Source: Candidatus Omnitrophota bacterium (GTDB lineage Bacteria; Omnitrophota; Gorgyraeia; JABMRN01; RBG-13-46-9). From it: a stretch of 34,138 nt of DNA. The stretch is taken from positions 1 through 34,138 of the forward strand of contig JAFGLX010000083.1 in assembly GCA_016927795.1 (NCBI GenBank). The letters run 5' to 3'. Every line of letters starts with the position of its first letter. The first letter of the stretch is position 1. The notes under the pieces were generated by a model. The model saw nothing but the letters and a program-made list of their open reading frames with translations, had not been told where the DNA came from and ran no database searches. Position numbers and translations under genes: made by a program. Of the stretch, positions 7,141 through 15,846 are shown piece after piece.

Positions 7141-8990
7141 AATTAATATTATTCGGCTATGTGGACAAGCTCTCCTCATTGTGCCCCTTTCTTAGGCGCC
7201 ATAGTTTGCCTGGTGGCGCTGAAGCGGCAACACTGGTTTCAATGAATCGTTTTGCCGGAGAAACGCTTGGTCTCGGAGAAATAATGTATTCCGAAGAGTT
7301 TTTAAAAAAAGAGGATTTTGAATACATGGACGAATACATCTCCCGGACAAGCCGGATATGCCGGGAGTTTTTGTCAAACGATGAAAAGACAAGCGCGTTA
7401 AAAGGCATAAAGGTCACAGATGTATTAGAACTGGAGATTTACATGTATTTGTGCACGGTGATAAAAAACCTGCAGGTAACGTTGAACATCGTAGAGGCAA
7501 TTAATCCCTCGGAGATTCTTATTATAGGCGAAAAATCTACAGATGGCCTGGAGCAAATATCAAGGTTTCTGGCGGAGCGTCTTAATATTAAATCAACCTA
7601 CATAACGGTTAAAAACGGCCTCGTCCCCGAAGCCGGCATGAGAAAAATTTGTGAAAAAGCAAGTTCCTTTGCTGCAAAGATAATAACAGAACTTTTAGAC
7701 AGACTTGAAAGATTCCTCCTTTTAAGATCAAGAAAACACGGAAAATCCATTATAATGGATTATAGGTTTCCCGAGCTTGTTAAAGGCATAGAGAAAGAAC
7801 ACGTAGCCATGCCGTATATTGCCGGTTGGGGATTGCGGATCAGGCTGAATTTTATTAAACAGAGAAAGCTATACCTGTCTTTTTTGAAAGTCCATAATCC
7901 ACTGAACAAAAGAAGAGGCAGAGGATACTTTCTCGCGATAAATAAAATTCTTGAAAAAGGCTTTGCCGAAAACGAATATTTACGGTACAGGGGCTACAAC
8001 ATTTACCGCATATTGAAAAATATATTTCGCGAACAAATTGAGAACGAATTACCTTTGATGAAAGAAAATATTTCAATGCTTTGCCGTTTTTTTGACGGTG
8101 TAGGCCCGAAGGCGGTTATAGTGAGGGATTCCACGCGAAACTGGGAACATGCGCTTACCTTAGTGGCAAAAAGTAAGAATCTCCCCAGCATTGTTGTGCA
8201 GCATGGTATTACAAGTATAATGAATGTTTACGCGAAACAACACGCTACGGCAGTAGCTTTTTGGGGCGATGTTTACCTGAGGTTATATAAGGCCGCCGGT
8301 ACCGATACGTCAAAATCGAAGGTAACCGGTTACCCGCAACACGACCGTATATACGCAGGGCAGGGTGAAAGGTATAAAAGGTACCGTAAGATACTCTCGG
8401 ATTCAGGGGCCGATCCCGACAAAAAAACGGTTGTATATCTCGCCAGCTGCATAAAGTATTACCCGATAAATTCTGTATACCTTACGCCTGAGGTATCATT
8501 TTTTCTCCTGAGAGAGGTGTTAAGCGTTTTTGGAACGCTTAAGAATCTGCAACTAATAATAAAACTGCATCCTTTTTATGACAGGCAGGAGTACCCGCGC
8601 TTCAAGGAGGAAGTATCCGGGTTTACAAACGCATTTATTGTAAGAAACGCGGATATCCCGGATTTATTCAGCGGTTCTATCTGTGTCGTATCAGAGCTTT
8701 TCTCGAGCGCGATAATGGATGCGATTATACTGAAGAAACCCGTTATATTTTTTAATGCAATGGAAAAGGAGGAAGCGATACCCATAGAAGAACGGAAGGT
8801 GGGCATAGAAGTAAGATCGCGGGCAGATTTAATGGATGCGCTTCAACGTATCGTTGCCTCAGATAACACGCATGACCTGTTTCCGAATAAAGCATTTGAA
8901 GACTTCGTTGGGGATTTTGCGTATAAGGTAGACGGACGCTCTTCCGAAAGGGTCAGGCATTTTATAAACGATTTAATCCCCTCCGCATAA
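7137..8990 (+). CDS. Two-domain protein of unknown function; the C-terminal half resembles TagB/TagF-type CDP-glycerol glycerophosphotransferases (GT-B-like)
   Basis: C-terminal blocks 'IVVQHGITS' (cf. the WHG motif), 'TVVYLASC', 'LIIKLHPFYD' (cf. the K-x-HP motif) and 'VSELFSSAIMDAIILKKPVIFFN' follow the order of Glyphos_transf family motifs. I recognise no family in the N-terminal ~330 aa. ATGA overlap with the synthase gene. Confidence 0.45.
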   Translation: MKLILFGYVDKLSSLCPFLRRHSLPGGAEAATLVSMNRFAGETLGLGEIMYSEEFLKKEDFEYMDEYISRTSRICREFLSNDEKTSALKGIKVTDVLELEIYMYLCTVIKNLQVTLNIVEAINPSEILIIGEKSTDGLEQISRFLAERLNIKSTYITVKNGLVPEAGMRKICEKASSFAAKIITELLDRLERFLLLRSRKHGKSIIMDYRFPELVKGIEKEHVAMPYIAGWGLRIRLNFIKQRKLYLSFLKVHNPLNKRRGRGYFLAINKILEKGFAENEYLRYRGYNIYRILKNIFREQIENELPLMKENISMLCRFFDGVGPKAVIVRDSTRNWEHALTLVAKSKNLPSIVVQHGITSIMNVYAKQHATAVAFWGDVYLRLYKAAGTDTSKSKVTGYPQHDRIYAGQGERYKRYRKILSDSGADPDKKTVVYLASCIKYYPINSVYLTPEVSFFLLREVLSVFGTLKNLQLIIKLHPFYDRQEYPRFKEEVSGFTNAFIVRNADIPDLFSGSICVVSELFSSAIMDAIILKKPVIFFNAMEKEEAIPIEERKVGIEVRSRADLMDALQRIVASDNTHDLFPNKAFEDFVGDFAYKVDGRSSERVRHFINDLIPSA

Positions 8991-9017
8991 TACGAAGGGA
9001 AAAGTGATTTCTGCTTA

Positions 9018-9034
9018 GGGGAGGGAGCTCCACT
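9018..9034 (+). repeat. Short version of the GGGAGGGAGC/TCCACT intergenic motif, which also occurs at 18001-18034
   Basis: GGGGAGGGAGCTCCACT lies 9 nt upstream of the flippase ATG (9044). GGGAGGGAGC and TCCACT are identical to the arms flanking the 18-nt GC-rich insert at 18011-18028. Confidence 0.5.
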
Positions 9035-9043
9035 AGTCACAAG

Positions 9044-10507
9044 ATGAAAGACAAAATAATAAAGAGCACTCTGGTATATTCCATTTCCATATTTATCTCA
9101 AGGATATTCGGCTTTTTCCGAAGTATCATAGTGGCGCGTTTTCTCGGCCCCAAGCTTTACGGTATGTGGAACGCGCTTTCAATTATTCTAGAGTACAACC
9201 GTTATTCAAGCCTCGGCGTACTAACCGCCATGAACCGGGAAATACCGTTCTTTAGGGGGAAGGGTGATTCTGCCAAAGTTGAGCGCCTAAGGAGGACAGG
9301 TTTTTCTATGGCCTGCATCCCTTCTTTTGTTGTAGGGCTGATACTCACTTTAATTTCCATATTTATCAAACCTCACGCCGGAACGGAATGGGTGATGGCG
9401 CTGCGCACTATAGCGGTTCTGGTCTTTGCAAGGCAGCTTTACGAATTTTTTACGCTTTTGCTACGGTCTGACAACAGATTTTTATATTTGAGCAAAATAC
9501 TTATTTTGTTTTCGGTATCTGACCTTATACTAATATTAGTTCTGGTTATAAGATATGGCTTTTATGGATTTTTGTGGGCCATGGGCATTAACTATGTCGG
9601 GATAGTCTTATATATTTTTCTTAGAGAATACCGCCGATACAACCTCAAGCTATTTTTTGAAAAAGACATCTTGGGCTATCTTATAAGATTGGGGATGCTT
9701 ATGGCGATTATAGGCATAATTATAGATTTAAGAACAACGATTGACCGCCTTATGATAGCCAGATTTCTTGGGGTTACAGAGCTGGGTTATTTCGGCATAT
9801 CGTATGTTTTAATCCAGTTTATTTTTTTGATTCCCTCAGCGCTATCTCAGATAGTATACCCCCGTTTGGTCGAAAAATACGGTTCCTCCAACCGCGACAC
9901 ATCTACTTTGAGAAAATATATAGAAGTTTCAACCCTTGGGCTCGCTTACTTAATGCCGCTTTTAATAGGCCCGATTTTTATTCTTCTTCCTTTTGGAGTT
10001 AAGCTTTTACTGCCGCAATATATTTATGGCATTAAGGCTGCCCAGATAACCATTCTGGGCCTGTTCTTTTTTAGTACGGGCATAATTGCCGCAAATTTCC
10101 TGATTACAACAGACAGGCTTGGCTGGTATCTTGGGTTTTCATTTGTGGCTGTACTAATTAATATACTAGCGGACTATATTTTGCTTAAGATCGGATTCGG
10201 CATAGAAGGCGTTGCCTTCGGGGGAATCCTTTTTACTTCGTGTATCTACGCAACGTGCATTTTAGCCTTTGTAATGTTCCATTATCTAGGTCACGTATTC
10301 AGGGTATTCCTTTATATGATAAAAGCTTATTTCCCGTTTTTTTACACAATAGTTATATTAATGTTTTTCAGTTACCTTAAACTGGGGATGGCAAGCAGGA
10401 CGGTAGTTTTCTGCGTTTTGTACATACCACTACTGTGGAAACTCGAGCGTGATACGCAAATCCTAAGTTTGATTTTCGTTAACATACGGCAAGGCATAAA
10501 GAAATGA
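9044..10507 (+). CDS. Wzx-like oligosaccharide/polysaccharide flippase (MOP superfamily, Polysacc_synt type)
   Basis: 487 aa with roughly 12-14 hydrophobic segments. The N-terminus 'SISIFISRIFGFFRSIIVARFLGPKLYGMWNAL' is typical of Wzx/SpoVB/MurJ-like exporters. It is preceded by a 53-nt spacer carrying GGGGAGGGAG. Confidence 0.7.
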   Translation: MKDKIIKSTLVYSISIFISRIFGFFRSIIVARFLGPKLYGMWNALSIILEYNRYSSLGVLTAMNREIPFFRGKGDSAKVERLRRTGFSMACIPSFVVGLILTLISIFIKPHAGTEWVMALRTIAVLVFARQLYEFFTLLLRSDNRFLYLSKILILFSVSDLILILVLVIRYGFYGFLWAMGINYVGIVLYIFLREYRRYNLKLFFEKDILGYLIRLGMLMAIIGIIIDLRTTIDRLMIARFLGVTELGYFGISYVLIQFIFLIPSALSQIVYPRLVEKYGSSNRDTSTLRKYIEVSTLGLAYLMPLLIGPIFILLPFGVKLLLPQYIYGIKAAQITILGLFFFSTGIIAANFLITTDRLGWYLGFSFVAVLINILADYILLKIGFGIEGVAFGGILFTSCIYATCILAFVMFHYLGHVFRVFLYMIKAYFPFFYTIVILMFFSYLKLGMASRTVVFCVLYIPLLWKLERDTQILSLIFVNIRQGIKK

Positions 10508-11790
10508 CCGGCACGGAAAAAACAAAAGAAAAAATGTTGTCACGATTACTTACATGGACTCTGGTAGGCTTTTTGCTCAGATTGGCCATAATGCCTGTTA
10601 CCATGCACGGCCAGGACCTCACTTTTATAAATTATTTCCCTTACGCATTCATCACCGAAGGCGCCTGGAACCCTTACGCTTTCATAAGCATGAATTTTCC
10701 GAATTTTCCACACACTTATTACGGACCTGTACTGTTCGCAATCATGTCGGCGGCGAATTTCGTGTTTATCAAGCTGTTTAATTGCGTTACTCTCGGCAAA
10801 TTGCTTGCAATGTCGGCCGGCATGATGGCTAAAAATTCAGGTACCCTTGATTATATTCACGCCTTTTCGGGTCTATCACTCTTTAAAAATTTATTTCTGA
10901 TGAAAAGCCCGTATCTTATATTCGATTTCCTGATAGGCGGAATCCTGTTAAAGCTCGCCTCTGGAGAAAGAAAGGCGCTATCAAGCTATAAGCTCTGGAT
11001 ATTCAATGTGGTCGTTTTACATTCTGCCTACGCTGTCGGGCAATTTGATTTAATCCCGACTTTTTTTGTGATACTAGCGTTGTTATTGGCTACGGCAAAA
11101 ATGCCTTATCTTTGCATAATTTCGCTATGCCTTGGCGGAGGGACAAAGGTTTTTCCATTCATACTTGTATTACCTGCAGTTTTACTTTTGGGTAATAACT
11201 GGCGAAAGAGAGCCTTTCTTTTATTTACCGCTTTGATTACGACTCTATTTATATATTTGCCGTTTTATTTATCTTCCGGCAATGCATTGTTTGATGTTTT
11301 CGCGCAGGGACGGTATTATACAGGCATGACACATATTATATTAAGCGGCGTATTCTTTATTTTTTACATAGCGCTATCTTTAAATGCCCTGGCTGATTCC
11401 AAAAAAGACGCACCGGAAAACCAGTTATTTTATTACTTTCTTACTTTATGCTTTTTGGTTTATGCGGTAACCCCTATAGGTTTCAGGTATTTTGTCTTTG
11501 CAACACCTTTTATTGCATTACTTATTCCTGCCAATGGAAAGTTCGGTCTATTTACGTTTTTCATTGTTCTGTTTCTCGCGTTTCTGCGACTGCCAACGCG
11601 GGATGTGCAATTAGGCCTTTTTGCGCCTCTTAATCCACAATATTTTATGAGCATCCCGACCATCCAGGAGGTTATAGGAAGGTTCGTAGACATTAACATG
11701 GCTTATAAGCTGGCAGCTAGAGCACTGCTTTTCTCCTTTTTTGCTGCTGCCGGATGGGTATGGAAGATTAAAGCAAAGGAAGCGATATAA
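10504..11790 (+). CDS. Polytopic membrane protein, GT-C-like (DUF2029/GT87- or PIG-M-like) candidate lipid-phosphate-sugar-dependent glycosyltransferase
   Basis: At least 10 hydrophobic segments, with an acidic residue just after TM1 ('MHGQDLTF'). 'YYGPVLF', 'AVGQFDLIPTFFVILALLLA', 'GGGTKVFPFILVLP' and 'GFRYFVFATPF' resemble conserved GT-C blocks. ATGA overlap with the flippase gene. Confidence 0.45.
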   Translation: MTGTEKTKEKMLSRLLTWTLVGFLLRLAIMPVTMHGQDLTFINYFPYAFITEGAWNPYAFISMNFPNFPHTYYGPVLFAIMSAANFVFIKLFNCVTLGKLLAMSAGMMAKNSGTLDYIHAFSGLSLFKNLFLMKSPYLIFDFLIGGILLKLASGERKALSSYKLWIFNVVVLHSAYAVGQFDLIPTFFVILALLLATAKMPYLCIISLCLGGGTKVFPFILVLPAVLLLGNNWRKRAFLLFTALITTLFIYLPFYLSSGNALFDVFAQGRYYTGMTHIILSGVFFIFYIALSLNALADSKKDAPENQLFYYFLTLCFLVYAVTPIGFRYFVFATPFIALLIPANGKFGLFTFFIVLFLAFLRLPTRDVQLGLFAPLNPQYFMSIPTIQEVIGRFVDINMAYKLAARALLFSFFAAAGWVWKIKAKEAI

Positions 11791-12770
11791 TGAAAAAAAT
11801 TAGGGAACATCTGAAAAAGAACAGAAATTTGGTAAACATATTTTTCGTCTACTTCTTCCTTGCATTTGTGATCGGTTATATAGATTTTGACCGGAGGGTA
11901 CTGCCTTTTAAGGAAAGCACGGCTACACTTAAACGCGTCGTAGAAAGGACAGCCGTACCGCCTCTTGCGCGACGGCCTCTTGTACCTTTTACGGTATATT
12001 TTATGCATAAGGTATCTCACCTCCCGCTCGAATATACTTACGCGCTTTTCAGGTTGTTTTTTTTCATTCTGGCGTTTTGCCTTTTTCACGTCTATCTTAG
12101 ATTGTGGTTTGACGATAGGCTTGCGATGATAGGGACGCTCTCTGTGATAGCGTCCTTGCCGCTTTTTCTTACTAACTGGATTAGCGTTTTCACGGACATG
12201 CCGAACTTTGTAGCTTTTATACTGGGAACTATGTGGATTAAACAGAACAGGCACAGGCTCCTATATATATTGATACCCATAGCGACCCTTAACAAGGAGG
12301 CGATCGTTGCTATAGTTGTCCTTTATTTCCTGTACAACACACACAAAGAAAAACCGGGCATTTTGGCAAGGAGGATTGCCATAATGCTTTTCTTGTGGGC
12401 AGCCCCTTACGTATGGACAATTGTTACTTTCGGTTTGCAGACCTTTACGGATAACGGCGCCTCTTATCTTGTACCGTGTACGGTGAAGCATAACATCAAG
12501 GGGCTTTTGGCATTTTTTAAAAATCCGCACCCCTACAATCATTACTATTTTTTGATTTATTTACTGGGATTTTACTGGGTTTTGGCCTTTCGAAATTTTT
12601 CGCGCAAAGACGAGCTTTTGAAAAAATCAATCATTGTAATGGCGCTTTATTCGTTTTACGTATTCTGGAGAGTAGGCGCAATAAACGAGGTAAGGGTGTT
12701 TATACCGTTTTACGTTTACATAATACCGCTCGGACTTTTTAGTTTATTTGAGAAAAAAGAGGTTGAATAG
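11790..12770 (+). CDS. Polytopic integral membrane protein of unknown function (possibly a Wzy-like polymerase or small GT-C-like transferase)
   Basis: 326 aa with about 9 hydrophobic segments. It has 'DFD' directly after TM1, then 'RRPLVPF', 'ATLNKEAIVAIVV' and a C-terminal 'NEVRVFIPFYVYIIP'. 1-nt TAATG junction with the upstream gene. No soluble domain is recognisable. Confidence 0.55.
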   Translation: MKKIREHLKKNRNLVNIFFVYFFLAFVIGYIDFDRRVLPFKESTATLKRVVERTAVPPLARRPLVPFTVYFMHKVSHLPLEYTYALFRLFFFILAFCLFHVYLRLWFDDRLAMIGTLSVIASLPLFLTNWISVFTDMPNFVAFILGTMWIKQNRHRLLYILIPIATLNKEAIVAIVVLYFLYNTHKEKPGILARRIAIMLFLWAAPYVWTIVTFGLQTFTDNGASYLVPCTVKHNIKGLLAFFKNPHPYNHYYFLIYLLGFYWVLAFRNFSRKDELLKKSIIVMALYSFYVFWRVGAINEVRVFIPFYVYIIPLGLFSLFEKKEVE

Positions 12771-12843
12771 AGCGGGAAAAGAGAACATCCTTTTTTAGCC
12801 CATTTGCAAGAGGATGTGCGGTAAGTTCACAAAATAGCAGTTC

Positions 12844-13953
12844 ATGAAAAATATAACAAAAAATACAGTTATTTTTCTTGTCAGCACGTTGTTGTGTTTT
12901 CTGGTTTTGGAGGCATTATTAAGAATTTACAATCCGTTTCAATGGAGAGTTAAAGGGGATAAAATTATTTTGCCCGTAAACCGCAAGTATATTTTTGATA
13001 ATGACAAAATAGACAAGCTCGACAGAAAGATCATACATTCTAAAAATTCGCTTGGATTCAGAGGAGAAAACCCCCCAAAAAATTTTAGCGATTATCTGTC
13101 AATAGTTATCGTAGGCGGAAGCACCGCCGAGTGTTTTTATCTGTCAGACGGCAGGGATTGGCCGTATCTAGTGGGGCAAAAACTTAAAAACATATACGAT
13201 AAGGTATGGGTTAACAATGCAGGTTTAGCCGGCCACTCTACCTTCGGGCACATAATTCTCGTAAACGACTACTTAACGCGTTTGAAACCTAAAATAATAA
13301 TTTTTGAGGTCGGCGCTAACGACATAGGCAGGGATGATTTAGGCAAGTATGACAGGGTTGCGTTAAAAGGACGCTATTCCTCCTTTAAAAACTTTATTGT
13401 TAAAAACAGTGAAGTTGTATCTTTGCTCGCCAATATGGTGAGACTGGCAAAAGCCCAAAAAATGGGCATCACCCATAGAAATTTAGATGTTGTTAAAGCG
13501 GATAAACTGGTGCTTCCCGAAGGAAATATTGAAAAAGAGGTTAATCACCATAAATCCGGATACATCGATGGTTACAAAAAAAGGCTTTTGCAGCTTGTGG
13601 ATATATGCAGAAAAAACAGGATAGAGCCGATTTTTGTTACCCAACCCATCCTCTGTGGAAATACGGTGGACGCGACAACAGAGGTTGACCTTGGAGACGT
13701 GAAGTTGTCGGATTCCATGAACGGGAATTTATGCTGGCGTATTATGCAAGTTTATAATAACGCCACAAAAGAGGTGGCAGGTCGCACAGGAACTTTTGTC
13801 ATAGACCTGGCCAGTGAAATGCCGAAAGATTCCCGTTATTTCTACGATAATTGGCATTATACAAATGAAGGGGCCGAGAAAGTATCGCAAATAGTTTTTG
13901 AGAAGCTAAAAAACTATCTTGATGTGGAATATAAAGCAAATCTGAAAAAATGA
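12844..13953 (+). CDS. Membrane-anchored SGNH/GDSL-family hydrolase or acyl-esterase
   Basis: N-terminal TM 'VIFLVSTLLCFLVLEALL'. SGNH blocks: I 'VIVGGSTAE' (Ser kept, GDS Asp replaced by Gly), II 'NAGLAGHST', III 'EVGANDIG', V 'DNWHYT'. Confidence 0.7.
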   Translation: MKNITKNTVIFLVSTLLCFLVLEALLRIYNPFQWRVKGDKIILPVNRKYIFDNDKIDKLDRKIIHSKNSLGFRGENPPKNFSDYLSIVIVGGSTAECFYLSDGRDWPYLVGQKLKNIYDKVWVNNAGLAGHSTFGHIILVNDYLTRLKPKIIIFEVGANDIGRDDLGKYDRVALKGRYSSFKNFIVKNSEVVSLLANMVRLAKAQKMGITHRNLDVVKADKLVLPEGNIEKEVNHHKSGYIDGYKKRLLQLVDICRKNRIEPIFVTQPILCGNTVDATTEVDLGDVKLSDSMNGNLCWRIMQVYNNATKEVAGRTGTFVIDLASEMPKDSRYFYDNWHYTNEGAEKVSQIVFEKLKNYLDVEYKANLKK

Positions 13954-14966
13954 ACCCAAAAAAATACATCTTTATCACAATATTTTTAGCGGCAGTCTTT
14001 GTCTTTGTTATATTAGAGATCGGCCTGCGATGCTATACATATGTAAGATACTCTACCAATACGGTGAGGTTTGTACCGCACTCAAGGTTAATTTATGAAC
14101 ACAGGCCCTCTATCACTTTTGTTAATAAAGAAGGGATAAAGATTACATATAATTCTTTAGGCTTTATCGGTGATGAAATAAGCCCGAAGGGCAACAATGT
14201 GTTTAGAATATTGAGCATTGGTGATTCTATTGCGTCCGGAGAGTATTTACAAAAAAATCAGAGATATATAAATATGATGGGCGACATACTGTCCAAACAC
14301 ACAACCAAGAAAATTGATATAGTAAACGCCGGAGTCATAGGGTATAATTCGTGGCAAGAAGCAGAGCTCTTGAAGACCAAAGGTTTAAGTGTAAAACCCG
14401 ACCTAATAATCGTGAGTTTGTGTTTTAACGATGACCGCGGCTGGAGGCCGGAGATTAGGAAAACATGGTTTGGCGGCATAAGAGAAATACCGCGGCATCA
14501 CAAAAAAGCCCGGCATCTGAACTTTCTTTATCAGCGAAGCCAATTATTCCAGTTTATTTATGACCGAATGTATTTTCTTAAGAAATCTCTCAAGAAGCAA
14601 AAACGTTATTATGAAGAACATGAATGGAAATCGGAGATGAAAAAGTGGCGAGAGCCTCTCGAAGAAATAATTTCATTAGCCAAGGATCATAACATCGAGA
14701 TATTGTTTGTTGTATTTCCCCTGGAACAGCAGATATTAAAAAAAGAAGATAATTCTTCGAAACCGCTTGCGGATTTTTTCAAGGAAAGAAATATCTATTT
14801 TCTGGACATGATAAAAGCTTTTAACCGTAACTCTGACAAAAAATTGTATATAGAGCGCGACTCGATTCATCCTAATGCAACGGGCAGCGCAATCGCGGCG
14901 GAGGCAATGGCAAACTATATAATAGAAAAGAAAATTCCGTTTTTTTCCGGCAAAAACGGGCTATAA
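13950..14966 (+). CDS. Membrane-anchored SGNH/GDSL-family hydrolase or acyl-esterase (paralog of the upstream gene)
   Basis: N-terminal TM 'IFITIFLAAVFVFVILEIGL'. SGNH blocks: I 'LSIGDSIASG', II 'NAGVIGYNS', III 'SLCFNDD', V 'DSIHPN'. It shares the pre-catalytic 'NSLGF.G' motif with the 12844 gene. ATGA overlap. Confidence 0.75.
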   Translation: MNPKKYIFITIFLAAVFVFVILEIGLRCYTYVRYSTNTVRFVPHSRLIYEHRPSITFVNKEGIKITYNSLGFIGDEISPKGNNVFRILSIGDSIASGEYLQKNQRYINMMGDILSKHTTKKIDIVNAGVIGYNSWQEAELLKTKGLSVKPDLIIVSLCFNDDRGWRPEIRKTWFGGIREIPRHHKKARHLNFLYQRSQLFQFIYDRMYFLKKSLKKQKRYYEEHEWKSEMKKWREPLEEIISLAKDHNIEILFVVFPLEQQILKKEDNSSKPLADFFKERNIYFLDMIKAFNRNSDKKLYIERDSIHPNATGSAIAAEAMANYIIEKKIPFFSGKNGL

Positions 14967-15120
14967 AAGATATATCATAGCGCTTCGATGTAAGTTACAA
15001 AAAGGAGTGCGGATACAGATATTAATGTTTTTATGCACGAAACGGCCGTTAGTGAAGAAGGCGCAGGATAAAGCAAGGTACCTATTATTAAAGAATTCGT
15101 AGAGACTCGGAGAATTTTAG
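14967..15120 (+). promoter_or_regulatory. Longest non-coding spacer in the window (154 nt); possible internal promoter or processing region
   Basis: It is the only gap over 100 nt. It contains a weak sigma70-like pair, TTACAA (14995-15000), 17 nt, GATATT (15018-15023), and GGAG (15109-15112) 8 nt before the ATG at 15121. The hexamer matches are poor, so this call rests on position only. Confidence 0.2.
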
Positions 15121-15846
15121 ATGAAAAATAGAGCTGTTGTTGTAATACCCACATATAACGAAAAAGATAACATATTGAGGCTTGTAGACGAGATAAGCGG
15201 TATTGTGCCCGGAGCCGATATACTGGTAGTGGACGACAATTCTCCGGACGGTACGGGGGATATTGCAGAATCCGCCAGTAAGACAAGGCCTAACCTTTCG
15301 GTTCTTCACAGGTGCAGAAAAGATGGCTTGGGGCCGGCGTATATAGAGGCGTTCAGGCATTTACTGAAAAAGAACAAATACGGGTATGTAGTCCAGATGG
15401 ATGCTGATTTTTCGCACAGCCCGAAAGACATACCGCGCCTTATCGACGCAGCGGCCGATTGCGACGTAGCTGTAGGTTCAAGATATACCAAAGGCGGAGC
15501 CGTTACCGGGAAGTGGCATGTTGCCAGAAAATGCATATCGCAGTTTGGAAATGTTTACGCAAGACTCGTTACCGGTTTAGGTATAGGTGATTGCACTGCC
15601 GGATTTAAATGTTACAACGCTAGGGTTCTCGAAAAAATAGATTTCAACAGGATTTTCTTAAACGGCTACGGTTTTCAGATACAGATGCTGTATGAATCAA
15701 AGAGGAATGATTTCCGGATATGCGAAATACCGATATTTTTCAACGAAAGGGCGAAGGGGAAATCAAAGATGGATATAACCATTGTATGGGAGGCCTTCAT
15801 TTCTCTTTTGCTTATGCGCGCCCGGGATTTATTTTCCAAAAAATGA
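15121..15846 (+). CDS. GT2 polyprenyl-phosphate mannosyltransferase-like enzyme (Dpm1/Ppm1 type, soluble form)
   Basis: 'VVIPTYNEKDNI', 'VVDDNSPDGTGDIA', 'RCRKDGLGPAYIEAF', 'VQMDADFSHSP', 'VGSRYTKGG', 'DCTAGFKCY', 'NGYGFQIQM' and 'FNERAKGKSKM' form a near-textbook Dpm1/Ppm1 motif series. 241 aa with no C-terminal TM. Confidence 0.85.
   Translation: MKNRAVVVIPTYNEKDNILRLVDEISGIVPGADILVVDDNSPDGTGDIAESASKTRPNLSVLHRCRKDGLGPAYIEAFRHLLKKNKYGYVVQMDADFSHSPKDIPRLIDAAADCDVAVGSRYTKGGAVTGKWHVARKCISQFGNVYARLVTGLGIGDCTAGFKCYNARVLEKIDFNRIFLNGYGFQIQMLYESKRNDFRICEIPIFFNERAKGKSKMDITIVWEAFISLLLMRARDLFSKK

Noticed and set aside
12771-12843. Inverted repeat ACATCCT (12794-12800) ... AGGATGT (12821-12827) in the 73-nt spacer upstream of the first SGNH gene; a possible terminator or operator.
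   Set aside because: The stem is only 7 bp with a ~20-nt loop. The T-run sits inside the loop rather than after the stem, so it is too weak to call.
15025-15102. 25-codon ORF (MFLCTKRPLVKKAQDKARYLLLKNS*) in the 154-nt spacer; a possible leader peptide.
   Set aside because: The nearest Shine-Dalgarno-like AAGGAG is 17 nt from the ATG. There is no attenuator-like alternative pairing or terminator, and conservation cannot be tested from this window.
15720-15842. N-terminal extensions proposed by the ORF track: 15720 for the GT-B gene, 27523 for the transglutaminase-like gene, and TTG 17991 for the ArnT-like gene.
   Set aside because: The extensions overlap the upstream coding sequence, or the hairpin. 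They encode non-homologous residues, and internal ATGs (15843, 27562, 18039) give canonical N-termini ('MKILFL', a signal-anchor, TM1) with operon-typical junctions. TTG 17991 cannot be fully excluded.
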